A stretch of DNA of 64,000 nucleotides. It comes from Utricularia gibba (lineage: Eukaryota > Plantae > Magnoliophyta). Positions 29,531 through 42,434 of this stretch are shown piece after piece. Under the pieces are notes generated by a model. The model was not told where the DNA came from. It saw nothing but the letters and a program-made list of their open reading frames with translations, and did not search any database. The first letter of the stretch is position 1; each line of letters starts with the position of its first letter. The translations under genes and the position numbers were made by a program. The DNA is taken from NCBI GenBank assembly GCA_002189035.1, contig NEEC01000016.1:1054001-1118000 (forward strand), given 5' to 3'.

Positions 29531-31018
29531 TAATAGATTGAACAAACACACAAAAAATTCAGATATACAAAAAATTTTCATTATATTAAAAAGAATTAAA
29601 CACAATCAATTAATATTGATATGTAATTTCTTATATATTTAATTATTTTACTTTAAAATTCAAATGTGAGATTATTTTGTTCTAATAATTTGCAAACCTT
29701 TGGGTCTACATTTTCACAAATAATATAATCATTGGTTTGTCATCGATAGTCAAATTTCCAACTTACGATTCTCAAAGTAAATATTTTTGAAAAAGCAAGC
29801 ATCATGTTTAATGATAAGGGGAGGGTGCACGCCAAGGTGAGTGCACATGGTGGGAGCCCGCACCGTTTCTTTCCACGCGTCGTCACCTGAACCCTCGCCG
29901 CCGGGGGACCGGAATCCCCATTTCTCCCTCCCAAAGTTCACATTTTTATTCTCTTGCAATACATATGATAGCACACTTGGATGCGAGAGGACGCTGCGTT
30001 GGACCCCTGGTTCTCAGATGCGACAAAGAGCAACACGTATCAGCCATGGCTAGTCCTCTGAAAGACCTGAGACCCACCTCGGATTCCCCATATGGATCAC
30101 AGACGCCACGTCTCCGTAAGGCTAAATTGACCCACCGAAGACACTCAACAGGGCTCCCCACCCAGACGGCATGCTCCATCTCTGCGGTTGGAGTTATTTA
30201 AAGCGAAGACGACAAAGCAGGGCATGGATGCGCAGTGAATATAAAAACGAAGTGATGCCCGGAGCAGGGCTACGGGTTCCAAAAAAAGAAAGGAAAAGAA
30301 GAACAAAGTTGGGTCCCAATGAAGAACACTAGCAAGAAACAGGGCAACGGGGCGGCCATGGTATTATTGGAACAGGGTATTTAAAACCCTAGGGAAGTGA
30401 ATTAAACGACATCCATTTGGTATGTAATATAAAATTGGTGAGTGCAAGAAAAATGATCCCTTATATGTAAAAAGTTGTTCTTAATGTGTAAGAAAGAAAG
30501 GGATTAACCATTGTATATGTAAAAAATTGGTCGTAATGAATGATATAGAAATGTTTGATGTCCATTTTTCTAAATGAACAGCATTTGTGTCACATTTTTT
30601 AGAGAAGTAATTTCCATAAAATAAAAATTCATGCTTAATAGTTTTTTTTTAAAAAAAATAGGGGTGACCAAGTATAAAACAAAAAGCCTACGTAAGGATG
30701 AATGGAGTGGTGTACAACAACAGGTCTGGTATTGTGTGTGGAACTGAGGGGAGTGGCGTTCTGCGCTCTCAGGGGCAGCTCCGTACTGGGCAGCGGCATG
30801 GCGAGGCAGGCGATTTGGGGCTATGGGCGCCACCCACAGAAAGACAAGAGCCTATAGACACCCACAGGAAGATGGCTCGAGAACATATCGCAGTTTGTCT
30901 CACGAAAAGGAGTGAACTTGGGCCAGAGGTTAACTCAGAGCCCAGGACTCCACCCTCCTCGCTTGCAGTGTTTTGGAGGGCTTTCTGGGTCGATTACTAA
31001 GGTTGCTCAGATGCTGTA

Positions 31019-31308
31019 ATAACTTGCAGTAAGCTTGGGGCCTGATGAATCTACTACGGAAGCAAATCTTCCTCAGATGCTGAGATTTGGGGATGTAAGC
31101 TTGGGGCCTGATAAGCTTGGCGGTAATGGAGTTTGAATAACTTGCATCGGGTCGGATCAGACAAGAACCCGGCTCAGCGCGACGTATCCAGCAGGCTGGG
31201 GGATGTAAGCTTGGGGCCTGATGAGGTTTGCGCTAATGGAGTTTGAATAACTTGCACTGGGTCGGATCAGACAACATCCTGGTTCAGCGCGACATATCCA
31301 GCAGGATG
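31019..31308. repeat. GC-balanced 110-bp tandem duplication plus partial third copy
   Basis: GGATGTAAGCTTGGGGCCTGAT...TAATGGAGTTTGAATAACTTGCA..GGGTCGGATCAGACAA...TCAGCGCGAC.TATCCAGCAGG starts at 31091 and 31201. A partial copy (GTAAGCTTGGGGCCTGATGA) lies at about 31030. Confidence 0.9.
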
Positions 31309-31724
31309 ATTGATGCACACTTTTAACCCGTTATGTTAAGGATCCTTATCCTGTGTTTGAGTAAGGCCAGGCGGTTGTACCACTGACACCAACGGTTCAG
31401 CTATTTGCACGTGGGGCAATCAATGAGCAGATTGCAGCCTTCATCCGAAAGCAGACATCTTGTCTGAACTTTCACGGCGGAGCGCGATAAAGAAACAGGG
31501 GTGAAATGTCCCTGCAGATAGAATTCGGAGATGAAATCTCTCTGTCACGAATCAAAATGGCATCTTTCTTTCAACTTTCAAGTAAAGAGAATGTCCTTGT
31601 GTGTAGGTTGAAACCTCCATCTCCATCTCAAAGAACATTACATACATACAGCTAAGGAATATTAAGGGTTTACATGTTGCTGCAAACCTGAGGCAGCAGG
31701 AGTTTGTGTTTGCAAATCCACTAA

Positions 31725-32852
31725 TCATGCACTAGTTTTTGCTGACCCAAGTCTGAGCTCCAACTCATCCCTCCCAACATTATGTATAACTTCACCTTCC
31801 CAAGCCTTCACACCGCATTCTTGATGTTTGAATTTCTGATCAAGTGAAGTAACACACTTTTCTCCTCCATATCTAATGTCTTCCAGGGGTTTCATCATCT
31901 TATGGGAAGGTGAAAAGGTAGGAGCTGGTGCTGACACTGTACTGAAACTGAAACCCTGTGTATCGGATTCTGGTTCCGGGATCGGATTTAAAAGGTGACT
32001 TCTTTTGATTTTGGGACTGGGTGGGGCAGAGGAAGCAAAAATTGGGTTACTAAGAGAGGAATACATTGATTTTCTTGAATCAAACTGAAAGAGTGGCTTG
32101 GGATTTGACCCTCTGGTTGGAGAGGAAGGTGGAGGAGTTATTGGGGCACTAGAGGACATGCGTAGAGGAGGAAATGATGAAGGAACTGATGACATGTTGC
32201 AGAGAAAAGGGAGACTATATGATGATGAATTTTCTTCACAGCTGTTGGGGCTTGGAAAAGATGATGAATTCGGGTACGGTTGAACTGAAGAACACCGGCG
32301 AGTATTCCTTGATTCCAGCAGAGTCTCTGGTTGGGGTGGCTTGCAGCCCTGAATGAAAGTTAGCAACATATAAATCAATTCGATCGCCATGGTGATTCAC
32401 AGAACGTTGAAAAAACTCGGAAGAGGTAGAGACATGAACCTCCAACTTGATATCAATCTAGACAACTGGCGATTTTCAACCAAATTTAAGGCAGATCAAA
32501 ACCATATCAATAAACTTTTTTGAAAGCACCATCGATTGAACAAACTCGAATATGAATCCCTAACTGAAGATGAAAAAAAGAGGGATCAACCAAATCAAAG
32601 GCTATGTCGAATGAATCAACAGACCTTGCGATAAGTGGTTCCATCTTCTTCAACAACCCAGCCAGCTTCCCTACACAGAGCCTTCAAAACTTCGTTGTTA
32701 TCACAGTGTTTGGGAAGCTTGTAACCCCCCTGAGATCGAAGTCCCGCGTACACCTTGGCCGCGATTGCTCTTCTCCTCCTCTCACGGCGCTTATTGTTCT
32801 CCCTCTCCTTCCACGTTGGCTGCCTCCCCGCCGATGCACCCATCGCCGTCAT
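31725..32852 (-). CDS. BES1/BZR1 homolog (BEH-type) brassinosteroid TF, 2 coding exons
   Basis: [67 protein letters not shown]|[29 protein letters not shown]-like LELRLG. Confidence 0.95.
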
Positions 32853-33270
32853 ACTCCAACTCGCCGGCGCCGGATCCTCCCACTCCCTCTCGTTCCGTAT
32901 TATTGAACTCCCGGCACGCGGGCGAGACCGCTCAATTAGTAGGAAACTTGTGGCCCCCACCCACATGCGCGCCTCGTTTTATTTGGAAAAAAGTTGGCTT
33001 TTTTAAATAAATATTGTTTTTTGTTTTTTTTATTGGTGGAATAAGTCCAAAAATTAGATTCTATGCATCTGAATTTCCCAGGAAATGAAAATTATTAAAA
33101 TTAAATTTTATTGGAAAATATTAAAAAAAACATATTTCTAAAATTAGAAAACGCCGATATGAGAGAGCATATGTATTAACATGCATTCTGTGGACGGGGA
33201 TGGGGGGCTCATCGGAGAAAGCAGGGAGCGCGGCCGCCATTAATGGCGAAGGAAGAAAACCCGGAAGATC

Positions 33271-34224
33271 TCAGTGGGCCCCGCTCCCGAGCTGCTCGAG
33301 GAGCTTCAACAGTTTGGCGTGGTGACTGCACCAGGCCTCCATTATCTTTGCTTCTTTGGCTTCCGACTCCGCCTGCACCGCCTTCACTTTCTCCCTGCAC
33401 TCCCCTTCCAGTCTGCTCGCGAACGCCGCACCTTCATCTCTCACCCTCTGTATCTCCGCCTCGATCTCCTCCGTCTTCTCCCTCCGCCGTCGGGCCTTCT
33501 CCGATTCGAGCTGCTGCTCCACCCGCGTGAGCCGCCATGTCGCCTCCTTCTTGTGCCGCACCCAATTCTCCTTCCCCTCTTCCAGCTCCTGAATTAGGGT
33601 CCCTAATTGCTGAATCTGTAGAAACCTAGGGATTCCCGTCGAGGGCTCCAGCTCCGAGGGCGATAAAGTCAGACTAACCGAGGGGGACGAGGAGGAGGAG
33701 CTCGTCGCAGTGTTCATCCACGGAGGGAGAATCACCGGCGGTTCCGTCAATGCCGGGGGTGTCTCCGGTAACGGAAGATTTTTCAACCCTCCTAGCAGCT
33801 TCGGCTGAACATATTTCTCAGCGAAAGTATCTAGAATATGGTCGTATTTACCCGAATTGTCAGGCGACCCATCGGATTCCCCTCTGTTCAACTGCTTAAG
33901 CTGCTTCTCCTTGAAAACCTCCCACCATTTCCCCAGACGCTTGGCGGTACGGCCGGGCACCTCAGCGGCGATCTTCTTCCATTTGTTACCATACTTAGCC
34001 TGAAGAGAAATGACGAGATTCTGCTCCTCGAGGGTGAGCGACCCTTTCTTAATCCCCGGCTTGAGGTAATTTTTCCAACGCTCGAGACACGACTTGGGGT
34101 CGCGGTTCAGAGATGCAACCCCCATTCGTTGAGAAATGAGGTTCCATTCTTTGGGGCCGTACTGCTTGACGTAGGCTCGGAGGAGGGCGTCTTCTTCCGG
34201 CTGCCACCGCTGCCGTTCCTTCAT
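33271..34224 (-). CDS. AS1/PHANTASTICA/ROUGH SHEATH2-family R2R3-MYB, intronless CDS
   Basis: MKERQRWQPEEDALLRAYVKQYGPKEW...KSCLERWKNYLKPGIKKGSL...KWKKIAAEVPGRTAKRLGKWWEVFKEKQ, followed by the C-terminal coiled coil typical of ARP proteins. Single 317-aa ORF. Confidence 0.95.
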   Translation of the reverse strand: MKERQRWQPEEDALLRAYVKQYGPKEWNLISQRMGVASLNRDPKSCLERWKNYLKPGIKKGSLTLEEQNLVISLQAKYGNKWKKIAAEVPGRTAKRLGKWWEVFKEKQLKQLNRGESDGSPDNSGKYDHILDTFAEKYVQPKLLGGLKNLPLPETPPALTEPPVILPPWMNTATSSSSSSPSVSLTLSPSELEPSTGIPRFLQIQQLGTLIQELEEGKENWVRHKKEATWRLTRVEQQLESEKARRRREKTEEIEAEIQRVRDEGAAFASRLEGECREKVKAVQAESEAKEAKIMEAWCSHHAKLLKLLEQLGSGAH

Positions 34225-36079
34225 CTTGTCGCCGTCGTCATGAACACAGAAGTAGAAGAAGAAGACGAAGACGGGAATTTGATTCCTTTTTGTGTGTGGG
34301 GGATATGAATATGATATTTATATAGCAGCGGGGGTGGGGAGCAGGGGATTTTTGCAGGGATGGGGAGGTTGACAGTGACGGCACGGGAGCCGGGAGGCCA
34401 GCTGTAGGGTGAGGGCCCTCCATTTTCCGGTGGTGTACCCCAACTCTAACCCTAGCCCAGGTCAGGGATCGGAACAGTTTTGTATCAAAGATGCCCAGCC
34501 CAGATTCCCCCCATTATTCACATTCCACGCGCCGCCTCCTATTCGGATTTTGAATTCACTTTTAAATTTCCTAAAATTATTTGATAAATCCATTACTTGA
34601 AGGATGGAGTTTTTGGATAATATTCTAAATTATAGTCAGTATAAAAAATCTAATATTTAACTTTCATAATTACATCATAATATTTTTATTTTATTTTTTA
34701 TAAATAATTTAATTTCAAACTTATAAAATTATATATTTCATATTTCATATTTCATATTTTGATATTTATTGTATGGTTTTAACAATTATTTGGATTTTAT
34801 TTTATATTTAACTCTTAATATTTGAATTTTTATTATATATTTAATTTTTCATATTTATTTCATTTTTAAAAATTTTAAAAACTATTTTGATTTTTATAAT
34901 ATTGGTTTTGACAATCTAGCTTGTTTTTTTGTAATTTTAAAATTTGAAGTTTAAACTCATTACTTAAATTTATGTTCAGTTTTATTTATTAAAAAATACT
35001 TTTCAACTTTTTTAGAATTAATTTTAATAAAATAAAAATTATATTTATGTAACTTTTTAAAATTAAAAATATTTTTGGTTTATTAAAATTATATTTATTT
35101 ATAATAATAAAATTTATTTGAGTTTCAGAGGTCGTGCGTGTGTATTTTTCAAATGGCGGTTGGAGGTGACGCGGTGGGGGGTGCGAGTAGGGAGAGGATA
35201 AAGATGTAGGGAGAGACGCATCAACGGATTTCTCGGATCTGCTGTGGGGGTGACCATTGAAGGGTTGTCGGTCCGACGCCGCGGTCTGATTCAGTGCAGT
35301 GTCCACTTGTGCGGCCCCACGCTACGCGCCAAATCGAGAAAAGATGCAGACAAAAAAATCAGTAAATAAAAAACATTTAAATAAATTAACTTCCAATCAA
35401 CCTCCCCTTTAGTTGTACTATTTTCCCATTTTCCAGATCCCTCGTGTTTTTTTAATATCAATATGCATTTTCCAAGAAATAAAAACCCTTTTAAGTATAT
35501 TTATTATTATTACAAAATTAACAAAAAATGTAACAAGTCACCGATCAGCCCAACACAAGGGCCCAAGGCGAAGGTCACGTGGACGTGATGTAGTAAACCA
35601 ACAACGACGGGTCTTGGTCCGCGCACGTGCCTGATTTTCTTTAATATTTTTTAGAAATAAAAATAATAACCTATTTTGTTCGAGAAACTTATTTAAATAC
35701 CTTTTGACACGTGCTCTTTAACATTATTATGGGGTTTGTTTAGGTATATATTTCAAATATTTTATATTTTTAAAAACATTAATTACTTTTATTTTTTAAA
35801 AAAATATTTTCGAAAAATATTTTCAATAGAACAACCCAGCAAACCCTAGGATGAATAGATTAACTCGGAATTTTAAAAATAATGTATATGCTGATGGATC
35901 GAACCCGGTTTGACCAATTCAAACATGTTTCCAAAGCAAACCGGTGCTTTCCCGTTCGTTATTAGAACGGGCAGGCTTCTGTGTTTGTAATGGGCAGGGC
36001 TTCTGGATTAAAGAGTGGGCTTTTAATAGGCCTAACAAGGATTATTTTTCGATGGAGAAATCAAGCCCATCCTTTACAG

Positions 36080-36345
36080 GCCCGATACTCGAGCGAAGCC
36101 GAGCTTTCCGGTAAATTTCGAGCTCGATCTCAAGCTCATCGAGCTCAAGAAAACTTGGCTCGAACTCGGGCTCGATTCCAGCCCAAAAATATGCATCGAG
36201 CCTAAAAATGCATTTCGAGCCCAAAATGTGCTTTCTTGAGCCCAAAAATTTGCCTCCTCGAGCCTCGAGCCTTGAAATGCAAAGCTCGAGCTGGGTTCGA
36301 CTGTTGGCTCGAGCTCGATATTGACTCGGCTCGAACTTGTTCTTC
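36080..36345. mobile_element. Array of (C)TCGAGC/GAGCTCG motifs, probable subterminal region of a non-autonomous DNA transposon
   Basis: More than 15 TCGAGC/GCTCGA/GAGCCC-type motifs on both strands in about 270 bp, with no ORF homology. No clear TIRs or TSD found. Confidence 0.45.
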
Positions 36346-36697
36346 TTTGTGGTTGACGTCGCCAAACAGAAATTCTTGATGATTTCAGTGTACTTTTTCT
36401 TGCGTTCTTCTCCAAATGCTTCCAGATCAAACCTCGGCGTGTGCACTGTGCTGTACCTTGTTTTTTCCACAAAAAGGGGAATCGAAACAATCGCAGCTCT
36501 GTGTTTGCCCTAGTTCTTTCTGCTGGTCCCAAAAAAGGTAAATCATTAACCAATCATCAAAAAGCAGATCCCCCCCAAATTCTGTACACCTAAAATTTTT
36601 CACTTCTCATTCTCCCTTCCTCGTAGATCTCATCGCCAGATGAGAAAAATCGGTGCTTTGATTTGGAAGAAGAGCTGAAGTCACGCTTCGAATAGCA

Positions 36698-37306
36698 TGG
36701 CTCGTGAATTTAGGTTTTTTCAACTATTCGTTGCTTCCGCAGGTAAACCCCTAATTTCTCAAACTGGGTTTTCTTTTTTCTTAGCAATTCAAACATTCCA
36801 TAGTGTTCTCTATCATGAAGTTGATATGTGTTCTGCATCTTGATTCATGTAGCGATGTTCGATATGCTGTGATCAGAGTTTTAACAGCTGCAGCAGTTCA
36901 ATTGAATCAACCTGCACAATCAATAGTATTCGTTGTAGCTCACTCTGGTAGTAGAATAGTAGCAGAAGCTCAGTACAACAGAATATCCACAACTATTGTT
37001 GCAGGCGTTGATCATTTCGTGAAGCCTTTAGGCTTGAGGTTTGCTCCTTTTCCTCTTGCCTTAGAAATCATCCATGCTGCGCAGCTGAGAGCATTTCTGC
37101 TGAGTTTCTTCAAGACCATGCTCAAGACACGCTTCCTCTGCTTGGGAACCACCCCCCATGGCTTCGTGTATCGCCCCATCCCTTCTTTGCCTTCTTCAGT
37201 TCAATTCCTGCTTCTTCCCAGGCAAAAGCACCTGCATATAAAGAAGAACCCACGCGGTTTTTAGGAAACGCGAGAAAAGTTCATCTACCTGATCAACTTG
37301 TAAGTT
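36698..37306 (+). pseudogene. Unassigned gene-like fragment with exon/intron-like signals
   Basis: ATGGCTCGT...GCAG|GTAAAC donor, polypyrimidine acceptors, and a final GTAAG at about 37302. There is no recognisable protein family, and it sits between transposon-like segments. Confidence 0.2.
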
Positions 37307-37682
37307 TGTCACCCGTCATCGAAATGTATACATACAATCTGTTTTTGATTGTAAAATTGTTTTGTATAATAAGATAAATTTATACTATAAAGTTTGATAC
37401 ATTGTATTATATGTCGGATAGTTTTGTAGATTACATTATTGTAAAGTTTAATTAGAGTGTATAAATGTATATTTAGATAGTGTATAATATCAATATTATA
37501 ATTTTTATAATTAATCCTTATTTAATCAATTTTTATTAAATAATTTTTGAAGTAATTTCGGAATTCGAATTTCTAATTTCCATACAAAACGGATGAAAAT
37601 TGGAATGTAAAAAATAAAATAATCATCTGAATTAATTGGATTAATTTACCTAAGCTTCGCTTGACAAGACAGTGAGTGACAT

Positions 37683-37713
37683 GGGGTCAACCGGGTCGAC
37701 CCGAGTTGACTCC
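37683..37713. repeat. 31-bp near-perfect GC-rich palindrome/hairpin
   Basis: GGGGTCAAC-CGGGT-CG-ACCCG-A-GTTGACTCC. Nearby ACCCG motifs (37735, 38280-38320) suggest a DNA-transposon end. Confidence 0.7.
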
Positions 37714-39469
37714 TTCATAACTCGGGTTTTACTCAAACCCGTCTAAAAGGGGTCCAATATTGGTCCATTTCCCACGAGTAACATTTCCTTTGACGGTAGG
37801 AAAGAATATTTTATCCCTAATATTAATTTCTTGAAATTATTCTTTTTAATTTATTGAAGATTCTAATCTTTAGTTGTTTTAAACTAAAATTATTGAATTC
37901 TTGAATATCTATTTCAAAGATTAAATAATAAATTAATTATAAAATTATATTTTTTATTTATTCTAAAAATATATTTATATAATAACATTGAATTATACAA
38001 TAATTTAATATATTAATTTTATAATATATATTTATATTATTAAATTTTATAATATAATTTTATATTATATCACAAAACAATTTTACAATATCAAATTGAT
38101 TTTCTTTAAGTAATTTTAAAATTGATTCTATTTTATGAAATCTTAATTATAGTTATAGAATAGACCCTAAGCATATGTTCTTCAAAAGTCTACTCTTGCA
38201 AGTCAGTTATTTTGGAGTTCAAAAAATCAATTCTCTTGTAAAAATAGGATCAATCCGTACACGGATAAGTCATGGTGTTACCCGTTTGACTAATCGTTAA
38301 ACCCACACCCGTGCGGGTCGAATAGATGCCCGTGTCTGCTAGTTGTAGCACTGGTTTTTTGGTTATCTCCTCTCGAAGGAGATCAGATATACGGCGACTT
38401 GTATGGTTGCAGCGCAGTTCAGTCTTTGGGGTTTGCTTATGTATACTGATTTTCGAGAAAAATTGGGTTCATCGGCTGTGGAATTATGTATTAAAACATG
38501 TACTCGATTGGAACTAATCTTTTGTAATATGTGTTGGATGTTGATGATGAACTTGTTCAAACCTCAGAAATAGAAGAAATCACACAACGAGAGGATTGGG
38601 AAGATGAAAACAACTATGGGCTTGGAAATTGAGGGATCAACGTGCAGGGTACATCAACAACTTATTGGGCTATACTTGATAAACCCAATCACACAAGTAA
38701 ACGGCCCAGGAAAGAGAACTCCAATGGTGACAAATGCAACCATTGAATCTATGCTGTGGCTCAACAGTATATTATAAATATGGGTTAAAACTATTGATGT
38801 AACAAGTTTTTTGCTGAGAATATTAGAGTACCTCTCCCTAAATCTTACTCCTCAAAATTTTTAGAACATGGCCTCAAGTTTGGAAGCTTAAGCTAGACTT
38901 GGCTTCAAGTTCAGAAGCTACAAACCATCTCCTCATCTCAATGTAATTTATGTTTCTTATGTATTTAAATTTCATATGTATTTATCCAACCTATTAGATC
39001 ATGAATTTCAATACTTTGAAACGAATGATCGAGAAGGATTAAATTCTGCTCATAAGAATGAAGCAAAATGGGGTTGAAGGACTATGATCTCTATACCGCC
39101 AGCCAAGTATGCAGAATCTACTTCTTAGAAGATTGTTTTCTATTGTTTGGAAATGTCGCAAGCGAGCCATGAAGTTGAATGACTGCCTCCATCACTAGTA
39201 TGTTGAATTTCTGCTACAACAACTTGTTTTTCAAATATAACACAGAAAGCGTGCATCTGTTCCTCGTTTCGGCTTCTTGCCACATTGTGTTACTTTGCGC
39301 TTTCAATAGGTTGTATTGCAGCTTGTTCTTGTGGATGTTATTGAAATTTGAGATCCCATGGATTGAGCGAGTATATATGAAGTCCAAATACACAAGAAAT
39401 ATAGATCGTTTTAAAAAATATTGAACTTGATCAGTTATTAATGATTCATAATCTTTTGTATACTTATTT

Positions 39470-39932
39470 CACTTTCAAATCTTAATGTGGTATCGTTTAT
39501 TCTAATACCCACCATCAAGTTGAATTAGGCTTTAATTCGATTAAGACTTTTTTTTTTCTTTTTTATGTAATTATAGGTAGTATTTCGATCATAAATCGGT
39601 CCAATTTTTGTCGTTTAAGCTCAATACATCACCTTTTTTTTCAACCAAAACTCGTATTAGCACAAAACCCATTTTGGTCACTCAAGCCTTAACGTGAGTC
39701 AAACATTCTGATACCATGTTAAAATTCAGTATCTAATGGATCAGACAAGCACATGTAAAGCTTAAGTACGCAATAAACGTAGATAACATTACAAAAAAAT
39801 TAGGTTCAATTAATTATGATTTATAATCTTTTATATATATGACTATTTCATTTTCAAATCTCGATATGATATCATTTGTTCTAATAAATCCATGGCTGAT
39901 TACTCTCCCACGAGTTGGTTTGTTCATTAACA
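39470..39932 (-). mobile_element. LTR retrotransposon/TRIM relic: 216-bp LTR plus tRNA-iMet PBS plus leader
   Basis: 39717-39932 begins TGTTAA and ends TTAACA. It is directly abutted by TCTGATACCA (39707-39716), which reads TGGTATCAGA on the minus strand, the canonical Met-tRNA primer-binding site. No second LTR or gag/pol is visible. Confidence 0.6.
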
Positions 39933-41586
39933 ATGCATCAGTGGTTTTGTATTGGAGCAAATGGTGAAGGATTACATGTTGCATACTGAAGAAAAGGTTT
40001 CTCCTTGCCAAATAATCACGTCAACCTGATTTGAAGTAATAAATTGTTGGAATATTTAATTATTATATTGAATAGAGTAAATTTTAATTCGTCTTAAATG
40101 ACTAAAATGATACACGGTTATATCTTATACATTACCTACTTTTACGAAATCGATTGCGTTTTATCTGATTATTCTTACTATATAAAAATAGTTTTTTCTT
40201 TCATAACAAATCATATGAATTTTGGATTTAACTTATCAAACCAAATGGTTAAAAATACATTTACAGCATCGGATTATCGTATCTGTGACACAAATCCGAG
40301 AACAAAGGACTATGGTTTAGCACAAATGATGTGGGATAGAACAAAGTGGAAGGAGCTCACCAAAATGGCCCATCAAAGAAGAATAATACTCAAAACCTAT
40401 TAAACTGTTTGATAGTTGGTATAAGAAGTGATATAGCGGGTATTAAAATGCGTAAAGTATGTTTGTTAGTCAATATAAGTTTTTCTCAATACATTTTTTC
40501 TCCTTATTATAAATATATATTTATCTGGCATACCATACTTTTTAAATTTATGTTAATATCGCGGATAAATTTACACCTCAAAACCCATACTCCACACCAG
40601 ATGCCATACCTGAAGAAAGTACTAAAACATGATGAACCAGACAAGCAACACGGTTCAAGCTTCTACACTACTGGTTCGATTCTCAGTGCTGACAATGCGT
40701 TTGCTTTCTGATGGTTATTGAACTTCTGATCTCAACCTAAGAGATTCCCAGTAACTCTTTCCACTGAACACCCTCCCAATGGAAGCACATCTTTAACTGA
40801 ATAGAAGAAGCTCCTGTCCCATTCCATTCATTTGTTCAGCAAGCATTGAACTAACCCATTGTTAATGCAGAATGGTGATGGCTTCATCACTTTCACTATC
40901 CATCAGCAGCAGCAGCAGCAGCACATTTCAGCATCAGGCGCTCAGTGACACTCAAGTGTCTGTTCTTTAATGTCGAGTGGGTTGGCTGCTCCCAGTGGGC
41001 GATGGGTATATTTTAGTTAGCCTCCGGGGGAGAGCTGCTGCATAGGCGCTTTGCTACACGTATTTCTCGGGGGTCGGTTTTCTGGTTGGCTCTGCTCGCG
41101 GCCCATTTCTGCTGCGACATGGCGAGCCCATGGAAGCCAGCGCGGAGCTTTCCAGATTCCGGGAGTCCGGTGGCGCTGATTCACTGACTAAAAGTTGGAA
41201 GTTTGGTAGATTATTATTTATTTATAAATGAATATTTTAAGAGAGTCATATTTTGGAGATTTTTTTAGTAATATTAAACATTAACATGAATTCTCATTTT
41301 CTTTCATGTTTAAATTATTTATTAAATTTAAGATTCAATCGAAAAAAATATTCTTTTAAAAATGAAAATTTGTAAGAAAGAATACAAAAATCAACTAACT
41401 TTTTTAAAAAATTCGTGTGTTTGCATCGTAAAATATATAAATTAAATTGAATTAAAAAATATATAATTATGGCAACGTAATAAAAAAATAGAGTATTTTG
41501 AATATTTTCTCATTTTAAAACTGAATTTCGAAAAGGCGAAGGGAAATTGCATTTTCTTCGAAATTCGAGGTGAGCGTTAAATCACT

Positions 41587-42434
41587 TTAGGCAGGAAGAA
41601 TCCCCAACTCCATTTGGCACGCGCCGCCGCTGGCTGCTGAGTCTTTTGGATTCATGCAGCGGTTCACCGGCCACAGTCCTAGACTGAGATCGAGCTCGAT
41701 GTCATCGTCGTGGTTCTCTCCCGCGAGTTTGAGTCAACGTCCGTCACCGGGGAACTCCGGCACGGGCTCTCTCTGTCCACAACCTCGGCGGCCGCCGCGG
41801 CTGACTGATGGCTCAACGTAGACCCATGGCTCGGGGACTGATCCTCCTCCGATTCCAGTTGCCGACGCGCTCCGGGCCGCTTGAATCGGGTGCCGGACCG
41901 TACACGGTTCAGGGCCATCGCACCCGAAAACTGCTTCTTGTCCTTTTTACAAACGTGTCTGATGTCGTATCCTTTCACGTCCGGGGCGTCGGACGCCGCC
42001 ATCTTCTCGATGGGAACTCCTTTGAGAACTGCGTCCACCGCGTCCTGACAGAGCTGCCACTTCCCCGTCTCCAGCAACCCCACAGACCCATAAATCGGAT
42101 TCACGATTCTCCCACAGGCTTCGTACAGCAGAGACCTGAATATAGCTGTTCCACCCAAAACAACCAAAAATCAGAAACCCACAACTATTAAAGGCGGCTC
42201 CTTTGAAGCACAAGAACACGGAAATTCTCCCGGCGACTGACCTTGGCGCATACGCGGCGGTTTCCCCGCATTGATGAGGTTAACCAGGCCGGTGCGGCCG
42301 TAGAACTTGGCGAGGAAGACGGTGGCGTTGGCCTGAGCGTCCGGGCTTCTGATCCACTCCAGGCTCTGCCTTATGGGGCAGTCGTCGCTGCACCCCTTCC
42401 GCAAAACTCGGCATCCATTGCAGCTCAGCCGCAT
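41587..42434 (-). CDS. LBD41: Class II LOB-domain protein (LBD40/41-like), 2 exons, apparent 1-bp frameshift near C-terminus
   Basis: [54 protein letters not shown]...|[25 protein letters not shown]. The conserved tail IELDLSLG...CQMELG is in the next frame after the CCC run at 41720-41722. Confidence 0.92.

Noticed and set aside
31040-31308. C/D snoRNA interpretation of the 110-bp repeat (TGATGA present)
   Set aside because: There is no properly spaced CTGA box D with a terminal stem.
41679-41722. LBD41 stop at 41679 as given by the ORF track
   Set aside because: The conserved LDLSLG tail continues in another frame to 41587, which indicates a frameshift artefact.
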